A stretch of DNA of 64,000 nt. It comes from Candidatus Levyibacteriota bacterium. Lineage in GTDB: Bacteria > Patescibacteriota > Microgenomatia > Levybacterales > UBA12049. Position 1 is the stretch's first letter. Each line of letters starts with the position of its first letter. This document shows, piece after piece, positions 28,572-40,240 of the stretch. The DNA lies in contig PLZJ01000002.1 of the NCBI GenBank assembly GCA_003152105.1, forward strand, positions 236,257 through 300,256, written 5' to 3'. A model generated the notes under the pieces. That model had not been told where the DNA came from, did no database searches, and saw only the letters and a program-made list of their open reading frames with translations. The position numbers were made by a program, and so were the translations under genes.

Positions 28572-30230
28572 ATGGAATTTGTAAAAAAGAGTATACACCT
28601 CATAACGCTGCGACAAACAAATATTTTATCTGCTGCATTTGTAATAATGGCAATGACTGTATTCTCACAGTTGCTTGGTCTAATTAGACAGCGACTTCTG
28701 GTATCACATTTTGGTGCGTATAGTAATTTAGGCATATATTCAACCGCTACTCAGATACCTGATTCTTTGTTTCAGGTAATAATTGCTGGCGGATTAGCTT
28801 CAGCTTTCATCCCAGTTTTTTCAGATTTTTACGCAAAAGGAAAAGACGACGAAGCATACAGATTTGCTTCTTCAACTATTTTAATTGGAATGTTGGTATT
28901 TGCTTTTTTCGGACTACTATTATTATTTTTTACGCCATATATATTATTGCCAGCAAATTTAGGTGGACATTATAGTCAAGCTCAAATGACACTCATGGCA
29001 AATTTAGTACGGGTAGTAATATTTGCTCAACTTTTAATTATAGTAGCCAGCTTCTTTTCTGCAATTTTACAGTCATATAATAGATTTCTTATTCCTGGAT
29101 TTGCAGCAGCAATGTATAACTTGGGAATTATTCTTGGCATTGTATTATTTTCTCATACATATGGTATATTTGCCCCGGCGTACGGAGCAATAATTGGAGC
29201 CTTATTTTTTGCGGTAGTGCAAATACCATTACTTCGAAAATTACATTTTAAATTTCATCCCCAACTATCTTTATCTGCTCCAGGAGTTAAGAAGTTTATT
29301 CATCTTATGTGGCCACGAACAATTTCTATAGCAATTACTCAGTTTGGAATACTTTTCACATTACCTTTAATTTCGTTTTTGGCTGATCCAGGAAGAAATA
29401 GAATAATATTTGATTTTGCACAAACGCTAGCATTTGCCCCAACAGTTTTATTTGGTCAATCAATTGCGCAAGCAGCTTTTCCAGTACTATCACGAGAAAG
29501 AGACAGATTGGATCAATTTAAACTCACATTTACTACGAGTTTTACCCAATTACTTTATGTAATTTTACCGTTTTCTGTACTTTTCCTTGTTTTACGAATT
29601 CCTATCGTGCGTTTAGTTTATGGCGCACCAAGACTCGATTGGAACGCAACCGTATTGATTGGAACCACACTTGCTTGTTTTACTATTTCAATATTTTCTC
29701 AAGCTTTACTATATTTAGTATCACGAGCTTTTTACGCGTTGCACGATACAAGAACCCCTCTAATAGTTAGTTTTATCACCACTGTTCTTATGTTACTGTT
29801 GAGTTTAGGATTTATTACTTATTATCAGTGGGGTGTTGCTGGAATCGCACTTGCTTATTCTTTGGCAAGTTTTCTACAGCTGCTCATATTATTCATAATA
29901 CTAGATCATAGAATAGGTGGCTTTTTTCATAGCGGCTTATTCATCTCCATAGGAAAGATATTTACGGCTGCATTTTTTACTGGAATAGCTCTATATATTC
30001 CTATAAAACTTCTTGATAAATTAGTTTTTGATACAACTCATACGATCAATTTATTGATGCTTTCTGGAATTTCCAGTTTTATAGGTCTTTTACTTTATTT
30101 ATTATTAACATGGTTATTAAATGTGAAAGAAGCCATGCTGTTTATAGTCGCATTCAAAAAAATAGATACCTGGAAAGAAGTCTTATTTCGTTCCGATGAA
30201 ACAATAGATCCAAAAAGACTAAATACTTAG
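28572..30230 (+). CDS. murJ: Lipid II flippase MurJ (MviN)
   Basis: SQLLGLIRQR, IPDSLF, GGLASAFIPVF, RAFYALHDTRTP. Confidence 0.93.
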   Translation: MEFVKKSIHLITLRQTNILSAAFVIMAMTVFSQLLGLIRQRLLVSHFGAYSNLGIYSTATQIPDSLFQVIIAGGLASAFIPVFSDFYAKGKDDEAYRFASSTILIGMLVFAFFGLLLLFFTPYILLPANLGGHYSQAQMTLMANLVRVVIFAQLLIIVASFFSAILQSYNRFLIPGFAAAMYNLGIILGIVLFSHTYGIFAPAYGAIIGALFFAVVQIPLLRKLHFKFHPQLSLSAPGVKKFIHLMWPRTISIAITQFGILFTLPLISFLADPGRNRIIFDFAQTLAFAPTVLFGQSIAQAAFPVLSRERDRLDQFKLTFTTSFTQLLYVILPFSVLFLVLRIPIVRLVYGAPRLDWNATVLIGTTLACFTISIFSQALLYLVSRAFYALHDTRTPLIVSFITTVLMLLLSLGFITYYQWGVAGIALAYSLASFLQLLILFIILDHRIGGFFHSGLFISIGKIFTAAFFTGIALYIPIKLLDKLVFDTTHTINLLMLSGISSFIGLLLYLLLTWLLNVKEAMLFIVAFKKIDTWKEVLFRSDETIDPKRLNT

Positions 30231-30262
30231 TATTACGCAAAGGTAAAAAATACTCATTTAGA

Positions 30263-30291
30263 TTGAATTATTAGCTTTCTCCCTATATACT
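30263..30291 (+). promoter_or_regulatory. Sigma70 promoter TTGAAT-17-TATACT, 7 nt before the lepA ATG
   Basis: -35 at 30263-30268, -10 at 30286-30291. Confidence 0.7.
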
Positions 30292-30298
30292 ACCCATT

Positions 30299-32014
30299 AT
30301 GCAGTCAAATATACGTAATTTTGCAATAATCGCACACGTTGATCATGGAAAATCTACTTTATCAGATAGGTTTTTGGAGTTAACCCACACTGTGCCAAAA
30401 GATAAGCTGAAAGAACAATTTTTAGATCAGAATCCAATTTCTCGCGAAAGAGGAATCACAATAAAGCTTGCCCCGGTGAGGATGCATTATAAAAATTATA
30501 TTCTTAACTTAATTGATACTCCAGGGCATGTAGATTTTTCTTATGATGTATCTCGAACTCTTGCTGCCTGTGAGGGAGCAATACTTCTTGTTGATGCAAC
30601 ACAAGGAATTCAAGCTCAAACTGTTGCTCATTTAAGATCTGCAAGAGAAGAAGGGCTACTTATTATTCCAGTTATTAATAAAATTGACATGCCTCAAGCG
30701 AATACAGATGCAGTGGTAGATTCACTTATCGAAACATTGAATTTTTCTAAAGATGAAATAGTTTTTGTGTCTGCTAAAACTGGTCAGGGAGTAAACGAAT
30801 TACTTGATAGAATAATTAGTCGTATTCCGAGTCCAAAAGGCAACGAAAGTGCTTTGCTCCGCGCATTGATTTTCGATGCAGTTTACGACGAACATAAAGG
30901 TGTCGTAGCCTTCGTAAGAGTTATAGATGGTAAATTAGAGCGAGGAAACGCAATTGGTTTTGCTCAAAATAGTACAAAGGCAGATGCAGTAGATGTTGGT
31001 TATTTTTCTCCAGCATTAACTTCCTCTGCGCATTTATTAACGGGAGAAATAGGTTATATTGTAACGGGAGTAAAAGATATTAGGCTTGTGCGCGTTGGAG
31101 ATACCATAAAGCCTTATAATGCAGAGATAACAACGCTTGCAGGGTATAAAGCACCACAGCCAATGGTTTTTTTTGGTGTATACCCACAATCTCCTTCTGA
31201 ATTTGCAAATCTTCGTGAAGCTTTGGCAAAACTTATGTTATCAGATGCGTCTTTGACGCTTAGCGAAGAATACTCAGCTTTTTTGGGAAGTGGATTTCGA
31301 GTGGGATTTTTAGGATTACTACATGCTGACATTATAAAAGAAAGATTAAGTAGAGAATTTGGAGTAACGCCGCTTCTTACAATGCCTCAAGTATTATATA
31401 AGCACGATACATCAGGTCAAATCACCGAACCATACATGATACTAACAATTTTTACTCCCAACACGTATGTTGGTTCAATTATGACATTATGTCAAAAAAA
31501 GAAAGGAACACTTCTTGACATGAAATATGCAGGCGATAATGCAATTTTATCGTACGATATCCCATATAGTATGTTTATAAGAGGTCTTTCTGCGAGCTTG
31601 AAGAGTGTATCTCAAGGTTTTGCAAGCTTTGATTATGAACTAAATGAATATAAGCCTGCAAATGTTGTTACACTAGAAATGAAGATAAATGATGTTTCTA
31701 TAGATGTCTTATCAGAGCAAGTATACAAAGAAGAAGCAGAATACGTGGCAAGGAGAAAAGCAGAAGAACTCAAAGAATCGCTTCCAAGAAATCAATTTCG
31801 ACAAATCATTCAAGGTGTAATAGGTGGAAAAATTGTTGCCAGAGAAGAGATTTCTCCATACAGGAAAGATGTACTGCAAAAAATGAGTGGTGGAGATAGA
31901 ACTAGAAAAGACAAATTACTTGAAGCGCAAAAAAAGGGTAAAAAACGATTAGCTGCTACAGGAAAAATTTCCTTGCCTCAGGAAGCATTATTTTCTCTTC
32001 TTAAAAAAGACTGA
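30299..32014 (+). CDS. lepA: Elongation factor 4 (LepA)
   Basis: IAHVDHGKSTL, RERGITIK, DTPGHVDF, NKID, GFRVGFLGLLH, GGDRTRKDKLLEAQKKGKKR. Confidence 0.97.
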   Translation: MQSNIRNFAIIAHVDHGKSTLSDRFLELTHTVPKDKLKEQFLDQNPISRERGITIKLAPVRMHYKNYILNLIDTPGHVDFSYDVSRTLAACEGAILLVDATQGIQAQTVAHLRSAREEGLLIIPVINKIDMPQANTDAVVDSLIETLNFSKDEIVFVSAKTGQGVNELLDRIISRIPSPKGNESALLRALIFDAVYDEHKGVVAFVRVIDGKLERGNAIGFAQNSTKADAVDVGYFSPALTSSAHLLTGEIGYIVTGVKDIRLVRVGDTIKPYNAEITTLAGYKAPQPMVFFGVYPQSPSEFANLREALAKLMLSDASLTLSEEYSAFLGSGFRVGFLGLLHADIIKERLSREFGVTPLLTMPQVLYKHDTSGQITEPYMILTIFTPNTYVGSIMTLCQKKKGTLLDMKYAGDNAILSYDIPYSMFIRGLSASLKSVSQGFASFDYELNEYKPANVVTLEMKINDVSIDVLSEQVYKEEAEYVARRKAEELKESLPRNQFRQIIQGVIGGKIVAREEISPYRKDVLQKMSGGDRTRKDKLLEAQKKGKKRLAATGKISLPQEALFSLLKKD

Positions 32015-32016
32015 AT

Positions 32017-33327
32017 TTAAAGGATAAAGAAAAGTAATCCTCCAACGATTGTCAGTACTGCACCAGCAACTCCGATACCAAGTATCTGTTCACCTGGGCC
32101 AGTTGCTGCAACGGTTGGGGTTGCTGTTGGAGGGTTACTTGATGTTGCTGTTGGATTTGCTGCTTTAGGTCCACCTGGAGTTGCTGTAGGTCCACTAATT
32201 GTGATTGTCTGTGTGCAATTTCCTGGAACGCTTACTGCTCCAGATGAATCAGTAAAGGTTACAGATGCATTATAGGATCCACCCGCTGCATAAGTATGGG
32301 CAAGCTGAGCTGAGCCGGCAACACTTTGAGCAGTTGTAGGCGTAGGTGTTTCAGTTGGTGTATCTGTTGGTGCTGATGTTGTAGGTGTTGGTGTATCTGT
32401 TGGTGCTGATGTTGGTGTATCGGTTGCATTATTTGAAATAGATACGTCCTGAACTGTTCCATCTCCAAAGTTAAATGTTGCCTTTGAAAGTGTAGCGCTT
32501 CCTTGAGGTTGGCCATTAGCAGTAAATGTTATCGTATAAGGCGCAGTACCGGAAGTGCCAACGTCTGTTGTTAAACTTGAACATACCGGAGGGTTTAGTG
32601 ATGTTGTAGGTGTTGGAGTATCAGTGGGTGTTGCTGCACCTGGAACTAAAGTAGGTGTTGGAGTATCAGTGGGTGTTGCTGCACCGACTGTTGTAGGAGT
32701 AGGTGTATTTGTAAGAGTAGGAACTTGCACATTGCCAATATATAAAGTAGCAGGTTGTGTAGACGCAATGACGCTTGATTCAGGATCTTGATTTTGAGAA
32801 GAGTCAGCTTGAGAAAGCCCTCCAAATGTTACCTGAGTTGATCCACTTACGTTTGGATTTACTAAAAACTTTATGTCTGCGATTTCCGTTTTTGTTGTAA
32901 TAAAATTACTTACACTCGAGGCTGCAAGACGCACAAGAGCGCTTCCAGTACTATTGCTACACGTAGCTTTTGTGACAACATTCGCGAGTGCACCGGTAGA
33001 GTTTATACAGGTTGTGGGATCGGCAACCTGTAGATATTTTGGATTAAAAGTAATTTGTATGGTAACAACAGAAACAGTATTTACCGTCTGTCCGTTTTTA
33101 GGATCTACGAAAATAGGTAGGTCAACTGTATCGTTTGGATTTACATGTTTTATTACCCCGCCATCTGATGATGTACTAGAATCAAAGGAAACAACTGTAG
33201 CCCTAGTAGCACCTGCGCCAGGATGTTGTTGATGGCGTATTAGATAAAGAGTAACCGGTATTGCTACGCCAAGTATTAGTAGAAATCCGAAAAGAAAAAT
33301 TTGCTTTCTGCTTAAGTTTCCAAGCAT
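32017..33327 (-). CDS. Surface protein: cohesin-like domain + PT repeats + PKD domain, TM at both ends
   Basis: VDLPIFVDP...IQITFNPKYLQV (cohesin-like); APYTITFTANG..FNFGDG..HTYAAGGSYNASV (PKD); C-terminal AATG + hydrophobic helix. Confidence 0.82.
   Translation of the reverse strand: MLGNLSRKQIFLFGFLLILGVAIPVTLYLIRHQQHPGAGATRATVVSFDSSTSSDGGVIKHVNPNDTVDLPIFVDPKNGQTVNTVSVVTIQITFNPKYLQVADPTTCINSTGALANVVTKATCSNSTGSALVRLAASSVSNFITTKTEIADIKFLVNPNVSGSTQVTFGGLSQADSSQNQDPESSVIASTQPATLYIGNVQVPTLTNTPTPTTVGAATPTDTPTPTLVPGAATPTDTPTPTTSLNPPVCSSLTTDVGTSGTAPYTITFTANGQPQGSATLSKATFNFGDGTVQDVSISNNATDTPTSAPTDTPTPTTSAPTDTPTETPTPTTAQSVAGSAQLAHTYAAGGSYNASVTFTDSSGAVSVPGNCTQTITISGPTATPGGPKAANPTATSSNPPTATPTVAATGPGEQILGIGVAGAVLTIVGGLLFFIL
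32354..32414. repeat. Intragenic 28-bp direct repeat x2 (period 33 nt)
   Basis: gttggtgtatctgttggtgctgatgttg at 32354-32381 and 32387-32414 (TSAPTDTPT units). Confidence 0.9.
32606..32685. repeat. Intragenic 35-bp direct repeat x2 (period 45 nt)
   Basis: gtaggtgttggagtatcagtgggtgttgctgcacc at 32606-32640 and 32651-32685 (GAATPTDTPTPT units). Confidence 0.9.
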
Positions 33328-33412
33328 ATATAAAACCCTTCAACGAAGAGTGTGTACTTTTATGGTAGAGGAGAGAAAGATACGGTGTCAAGTAGCGATA
33401 TGCTATGGGGTA

Positions 33413-33441
33413 TTGACAATAGATTAATGGTATTGTATAAA
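33413..33441 (+). promoter_or_regulatory. groESL promoter TTGACA-17-TATAAA
   Basis: -35 at 33413-33418, -10 at 33436-33441. Confidence 0.8.
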
Positions 33442-33468
33442 TTAGCAGTCACTTTCTTCTAGTGATAT
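33442..33468 (+). promoter_or_regulatory. CIRCE-like HrcA operator
   Basis: TTAGCAGTC-N9-TAGTGATAT versus consensus TTAGCACTC-N9-GAGTGCTAA, directly after the -10. Confidence 0.75.
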
Positions 33469-33498
33469 ATTGCCCAATCAGCTTATTACAATAATTTA

Positions 33499-35461
<1,963 letters not shown>

Positions 35462-35481
35462 TCTGTATTACTTCATTTTAT

Positions 35482-35504
35482 AAACCGCGTAAAGCGGTTT
35501 TTTT
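35482..35504 (+). terminator. Intrinsic terminator after groEL
   Basis: AAACCGC-gtaaa-GCGGTTT followed by TTTT. Confidence 0.85.
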
Positions 35505-35559
35505 ATATTCAGTTTGTTTGTTTTTCATTACTATGATATAGTATTTTCACCCAAATTCT

Positions 35560-36411
35560 ATGAGGAAAATTATCGCGATAATTGTACCGTTACTATTAGC
35601 ATGTATCGTCTTTTTTGTATTCGAATATTTTGCAAACAAATCAAGTGATAAAGGCGCACTTCAGGTTACCTCAACTCCAGCGAGTAACGTATATGTAAAT
35701 GGGGCTTATGTCGGTAAAACTCCAATTTGTAAATGTGATTTACCAAACATGTTACCGATCGGTAACTATTCAATAAGCTTAGTACCAATTGATACACAAT
35801 ATTCAGCATATGAAGACTCAATTTCTATCACAAAGTCAGTACTTACTGTGGTAGATAGGACATTTGGTAAGGGAGCTTTTTCTGAGGGAAGCATAATAGG
35901 CTTAACTCCATTACCTGATAAAAATGCAATGGAAATAATAGTGCAAACAGTCCCAGATAAAGTGCATGTAATGCTGGATAATATTTCACAAGGAGATAGT
36001 CCTCAAATTATAAAAAATGTGACTGCATCAGATCATGAAATTGAATTATCAAAAGATGGCTATCGAGAGAAAATAATTCGAATACATACTGTTTCTGGAT
36101 ATCAACTAATAGCAAAAGTGTATTTAAGTGTTAATCCAAATCCCACATCATCACAACAAAAAGTAAGCACAACTCCCACGCCAAGTGTATCAACAACTCC
36201 AACTGCGTCAACATCTCAGATTATCATTCTACAAACTCCTACCGGTTATTTACGTGTTCATTCAACTGCTTCAACACAAGCAAGCGAAGTTGGACGTGTT
36301 AATCCAGGAGATACTTTTCCATTAATTGATCAGAAAACAGGCTGGTTTGAAATAACACTTACAGATGGAACGAAGGGTTGGGTTAGTAGTCAGTATGCGA
36401 AAATCAAATAA
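35560..36411 (+). CDS. PEGA-domain protein with C-terminal SH3b domain
   Basis: GALQVTSTP..VYVNG..GKTP; second PEGA with SKDGY; TPT linker; TPTGYLRV...GWFEI...GWVSSQY. Confidence 0.9.
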   Translation: MRKIIAIIVPLLLACIVFFVFEYFANKSSDKGALQVTSTPASNVYVNGAYVGKTPICKCDLPNMLPIGNYSISLVPIDTQYSAYEDSISITKSVLTVVDRTFGKGAFSEGSIIGLTPLPDKNAMEIIVQTVPDKVHVMLDNISQGDSPQIIKNVTASDHEIELSKDGYREKIIRIHTVSGYQLIAKVYLSVNPNPTSSQQKVSTTPTPSVSTTPTASTSQIIILQTPTGYLRVHSTASTQASEVGRVNPGDTFPLIDQKTGWFEITLTDGTKGWVSSQYAKIK

Positions 36412-37368
36412 TTAATAATTAGCTGGATTAATAAAATAGATTACAAAAATTAAAAGAACAACCCATATTATTATTGATATAAAAAATGGCCGGTCAGATA
36501 AGAATACTTTTTCAGGACTTTCTCCTTCATGCTTTTCATAAATATCTTGAAGGTAACGCATGAGCCCATATACAACAGGTGCAATAGTTATCATTAACCA
36601 TTTTCTCGTTAAAAAAGTTGGTAAATAATCAGGGAATAAAATACTAAATGATGGTTTAAATCCAGTTTGATTCTCAAAAAAAGTGAAAAAAGAGTAAGTT
36701 ATAAAAGTAGATGTTGCAAACATTGCGATATAAACGTCTAATAGTCTTTCAGAATAATGTGAAAGTGATTTTCTGGTTGCAGCTATTTGTGAAGCGGGAA
36801 ACTTTGAAATAAGTGTAAGTTCTTGTCTTCTCTTGCCGCTTGCTAAAAAGAGCGATAATGAAATAGTTGTAAGTAAGAGCCAAACTGAAATATGCCAACC
36901 TGTTGCAAATTCACCGGCCAAAACTCTTATAATATATCCCGCAGCAAGCATCAATATGTCAATAATCGCTACATGTTTCAAGAATGCCGAATAAGAAAGT
37001 TGTAAGATTACATATACGATTATAATAAGGAAAAATGCAGGCGTGATAAATAAACTTCCAATAATTGAACCAACTGTGAGAAGAATGGTAATTGCTATAG
37101 CTAATGGTATTGATAAATCTCCGTGAGCAAGCGGGCGAAATTTTTTAAATGGATGAAGCTTATCTTTACTTACATCTAGAATATCGTTGGCAACATAGAT
37201 AGCTGAAGATACTCCACAAAATATAAAAAAGGCAATTACCGTTTTATAAAATAACCCTCCATCAAATAGATGTCCACTAAATGTTATTGCCGCAAATACA
37301 GCAAAATTTTTAATCCACTGACGTGGTCTCAATAGTTTTAAAATGCTAAACAATTTTGTTTTTTTCAT
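36412..37368 (-). CDS. UbiA-family polyprenyl-phosphate phosphoribosyltransferase (DPPR synthase-like)
   Basis: LRPRQWIKN, SSAIYVANDILDVSKDKLHPFKKFRPLAHG, YSAFLKH, GKRRQEL, GESPE. ATG at 37368. Confidence 0.9.
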   Translation of the reverse strand: MKKTKLFSILKLLRPRQWIKNFAVFAAITFSGHLFDGGLFYKTVIAFFIFCGVSSAIYVANDILDVSKDKLHPFKKFRPLAHGDLSIPLAIAITILLTVGSIIGSLFITPAFFLIIIVYVILQLSYSAFLKHVAIIDILMLAAGYIIRVLAGEFATGWHISVWLLLTTISLSLFLASGKRRQELTLISKFPASQIAATRKSLSHYSERLLDVYIAMFATSTFITYSFFTFFENQTGFKPSFSILFPDYLPTFLTRKWLMITIAPVVYGLMRYLQDIYEKHEGESPEKVFLSDRPFFISIIIWVVLLIFVIYFINPANY

Positions 37369-38440
37369 CTTTTTGGGTGCTAAAGTGTAAAAACAATAAG
37401 GCACCCGTTACGACAACTGCTAGCATGCACAATGCGAACAACTTCCCTTTACTGTTTAACAAAAGAGCAACCGTGCCTAATATAGCAGAAACCAACCAGT
37501 AAAACAATGCAATACGTCTTTGAGACCATCCTTTTTGCAAAAGTAAGTGATGTAAATGCTTCTTATCTCCTTTAAAAACCGACTTCCCACTGAGTAGTCT
37601 CCTAAATAACGTAAAAATTCCGTCGACCATTGGTACTCCCATTACCAGTATTGCCGTTGCAAGTTTAGCCGATGACAATATGGACACTACGCTTAGTAAT
37701 AAATAAATTGAAGTTGCTCCGTATCCAGGAAAAATTTTAGCTGGATAAAAATTATAAAACAAAAAACCTATTGAGGCTCCAGCAATAATAAAACTTAGCT
37801 GTGCAGCAAGTAAAGAGTGACTATCTACTGATGCAAAACGTAAGCTAAGTATACCAATTACAAAGGCAGAAATAGCCACAATTCCTGGCATTTGTCCATC
37901 AACTCCCTTGCTCCAGTTAAGCATATTCATCACCCATACAAGCCACAATCCTGCAATTACATCAGATAATAATAATATTGAGTGTGTCCCAAAAAATGAA
38001 AAAGAAATCCTTACGGTATCTAGATGTAATATGCCGCCAAATGGATTTGTAATAAAAGGAATACTGATACCGCTTCCAACTACAAGTAATGCGCAAAATA
38101 TATTTGCTAGAAAACGTATGTACCTTGAAAAATCGCCTACTTTGTCATCTATTAATCCTATAAGTAATGCTATTAATGAGGCTATAAAAAGTATTAGAGT
38201 GAGCTTGGTATGAGGAAGAAATATTATTCCAGAAACTAACACGCCAAGATAAAAAGGCAATCCGCCACCTCTTGGGATAGGTTTAGTGTGAATAATTGCC
38301 GGATGTATATGTTGTTTTGGATCATCAATCAAAATTTTGTATTTCTTGAATAAAAATATAAAAATAGGTGTTGTAATGGTCGTTACAATAAGCGAAACTG
38401 CTAAGGAGAAAAGAAATGTCCCAGAAAATACATTGTACAT
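37346..38440 (-). CDS. MraY/WecA/TagO-family polyprenyl-phosphate sugar-1-phosphate transferase (divergent active site)
   Basis: PIPRGGGL, GLIDDK, NMLNWSKGVDGQ, YNFYPAKIFPG, HLHHLL. Confidence 0.88.
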   Translation of the reverse strand: MYNVFSGTFLFSLAVSLIVTTITTPIFIFLFKKYKILIDDPKQHIHPAIIHTKPIPRGGGLPFYLGVLVSGIIFLPHTKLTLILFIASLIALLIGLIDDKVGDFSRYIRFLANIFCALLVVGSGISIPFITNPFGGILHLDTVRISFSFFGTHSILLLSDVIAGLWLVWVMNMLNWSKGVDGQMPGIVAISAFVIGILSLRFASVDSHSLLAAQLSFIIAGASIGFLFYNFYPAKIFPGYGATSIYLLLSVVSILSSAKLATAILVMGVPMVDGIFTLFRRLLSGKSVFKGDKKHLHHLLLQKGWSQRRIALFYWLVSAILGTVALLLNSKGKLFALCMLAVVVTGALLFLHFSTQKDEKNKIV

Positions 38441-38441
38441 A

Positions 38442-38798
38442 TTAAAAAAATACTACGATTAATGTCCTGAGTAAAAATAAAAAAGATAATGAAATAGTAA
38501 CAAATGCAGATAAAGAAATCATACGCGAAACCAAAGCATATTTTTGATAGAAAAAAGAAGCAATAGTAGTATTTAATACTAAAATTCCAAGTCCTAATGT
38601 AAAAGGCAAAAAAATTGTAACTCGCGATGCAATTCTTCCGACTCCCCACGGCATTTGATTATATATAGGAATCAATGGAGGTAAATTATGGTATGCAAGA
38701 ACTACAATTCCTAAAAATAGCACTAAAAATAAAATGGAAAGCAGTACGCTTCCGCTTATAATTCTATCGGTAAATAATGTTTTAAAACGTTCGTTCAT
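38442..38798 (-). CDS. Three-TM membrane protein (DUF1648-like)
   Basis: LPPLIPIYNQMPWG after the first TM; tight coupling to both neighbours. Confidence 0.7.
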   Translation of the reverse strand: MNERFKTLFTDRIISGSVLLSILFLVLFLGIVVLAYHNLPPLIPIYNQMPWGVGRIASRVTIFLPFTLGLGILVLNTTIASFFYQKYALVSRMISLSAFVTISLSFLFLLRTLIVVFF

Positions 38799-40239
38799 AA
38801 ATAGTTGTGTCTTTTATCTTCAATTTTTCCATGTATTGACTTAAAGAATAGGGGTACTGGCCTGCGTTAGAAATAACAACAATGTATTTTGGTTTTGCTT
38901 TATACACTATTTGCCTTGTTTCATTTAATGTCTTTTGGGAAGCGTTAATATGATAGGCAACGGTAAATCTTCCTGGAGGAATTTTATTTGCTAATTTGTA
39001 TATTTGTGCATCATTTCCCCATATAAATATTGAATCGCGTTGCTTAGCATTTCCATTAATAAAACTGGCGACTTCGTAGTCACGAATTGTGTTTTGATCA
39101 AAAAATTGCTGGTAGGTAGCAACAGATTCACGATTTTGAACAAAGGAGATAAAATTTCGATAGTATGGAATTATTGATTTACCAAATCCATGAAAATTAT
39201 TAAGAATTAGCATAATTAATCCAATCTGAAAAACAGCAAAAAATAGTTTTCCTCTATATCGTGAAAAAAGTAATCCAAAAAGGAGAGACATACTGCTAAT
39301 AGTTACGAGTAAATAATGCGTATAAGGACGTTGTGAGAAAAAAGTATCAAATATTGCAAAGCCTGTCCAAAGAAGAATAAATTGTACTTGACTTGGAATT
39401 TTTTTTCGTAAAAAGAAAATAATACAACATAGTACAAGAAGTAAAATAAGTTTTGCAATTAATAGTCCTTGAGGTATTATAAAAGTGTTTCCGTACCCAA
39501 CATACCCAACATTCTGAGAAAAAGAAGCATTAATAAAGTCACCAAGTGAATGAGTGAGTAAAAAGAAAGCTACAGTTACAAAAATTGGTAGAAAAAAACC
39601 AACTATTAAAGGTGTTACTTTAATAACTTGACTCGGAACCAGCTTAATTGATTTGTAGTCTTGAATTAATAAGTAAAGTCCAAATGCGCCCAAGTCAAAA
39701 ATGCCAACAATTTTTATCAGAAATGCAAATGAAAGTAAGAGTCCTGCAAAAAATTGTAATTTGCCAAAATGTTTTGATGTTTTGTTTTGAATTATTAAAA
39801 GCCCACTGCACATAATAGGTAGAATCATAAAATTTTCCGCATTTGCGATATTTCCTTCCAGTATAGGTAGTCCAAAAAGAACAGCAAATACAAGCGCAGA
39901 AATTGAAGATGCAATCGTTGAATGTAGTAATCGTCTCGCAAGAAAATAGATTGTAATTACTGAAAGTAGTCCAAAAATTAGTGATGCAAGCTTAGCACCA
40001 AATTGATCCCCATTAAATAATGCGTATATGATGTATAAAAGTGGTGGTTTATTATCCCAAATCCCGGTGTAAAGCAATCTGCCATGTCTCATGGCAAATC
40101 CGATAGCCTCATAAATCCCTTCATCTCCATACCAATATGGTTCAAATAAGGAAGGGAATCTGAGTATAAAAAATAAAATACATGTACATAATAAAAACCA
40201 AAAGTGAAAACTTTTCTCAAGTTTTGACAATAAATTCAT
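38782..40239 (-). CDS. GT-C (PMT/ArnT-like) glycosyltransferase
   Basis: LRFPSLFEPYWYGDEGIY (acidic DE loop), WDNKPP, NAENF, PYTHY; many TMs. Confidence 0.88.
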   Translation of the reverse strand: MNLLSKLEKSFHFWFLLCTCILFFILRFPSLFEPYWYGDEGIYEAIGFAMRHGRLLYTGIWDNKPPLLYIIYALFNGDQFGAKLASLIFGLLSVITIYFLARRLLHSTIASSISALVFAVLFGLPILEGNIANAENFMILPIMCSGLLIIQNKTSKHFGKLQFFAGLLLSFAFLIKIVGIFDLGAFGLYLLIQDYKSIKLVPSQVIKVTPLIVGFFLPIFVTVAFFLLTHSLGDFINASFSQNVGYVGYGNTFIIPQGLLIAKLILLLVLCCIIFFLRKKIPSQVQFILLWTGFAIFDTFFSQRPYTHYLLVTISSMSLLFGLLFSRYRGKLFFAVFQIGLIMLILNNFHGFGKSIIPYYRNFISFVQNRESVATYQQFFDQNTIRDYEVASFINGNAKQRDSIFIWGNDAQIYKLANKIPPGRFTVAYHINASQKTLNETRQIVYKAKPKYIVVISNAGQYPYSLSQYMEKLKIKDTTIYERTF

Positions 40240-40240
40240 G

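Noticed and set aside
32259-32516. 85-aa Q/H-repeat ORF (QHQHQQIHQH)
   Set aside because: Alternative-frame translation of the PT-repeat DNA on the same strand.
32330-32710. Direct repeats considered as a CRISPR array
   Set aside because: Only two copies each, periods are multiples of 3, they lie within a CDS, gaps are only 5-10 nt, and no cas genes are present.
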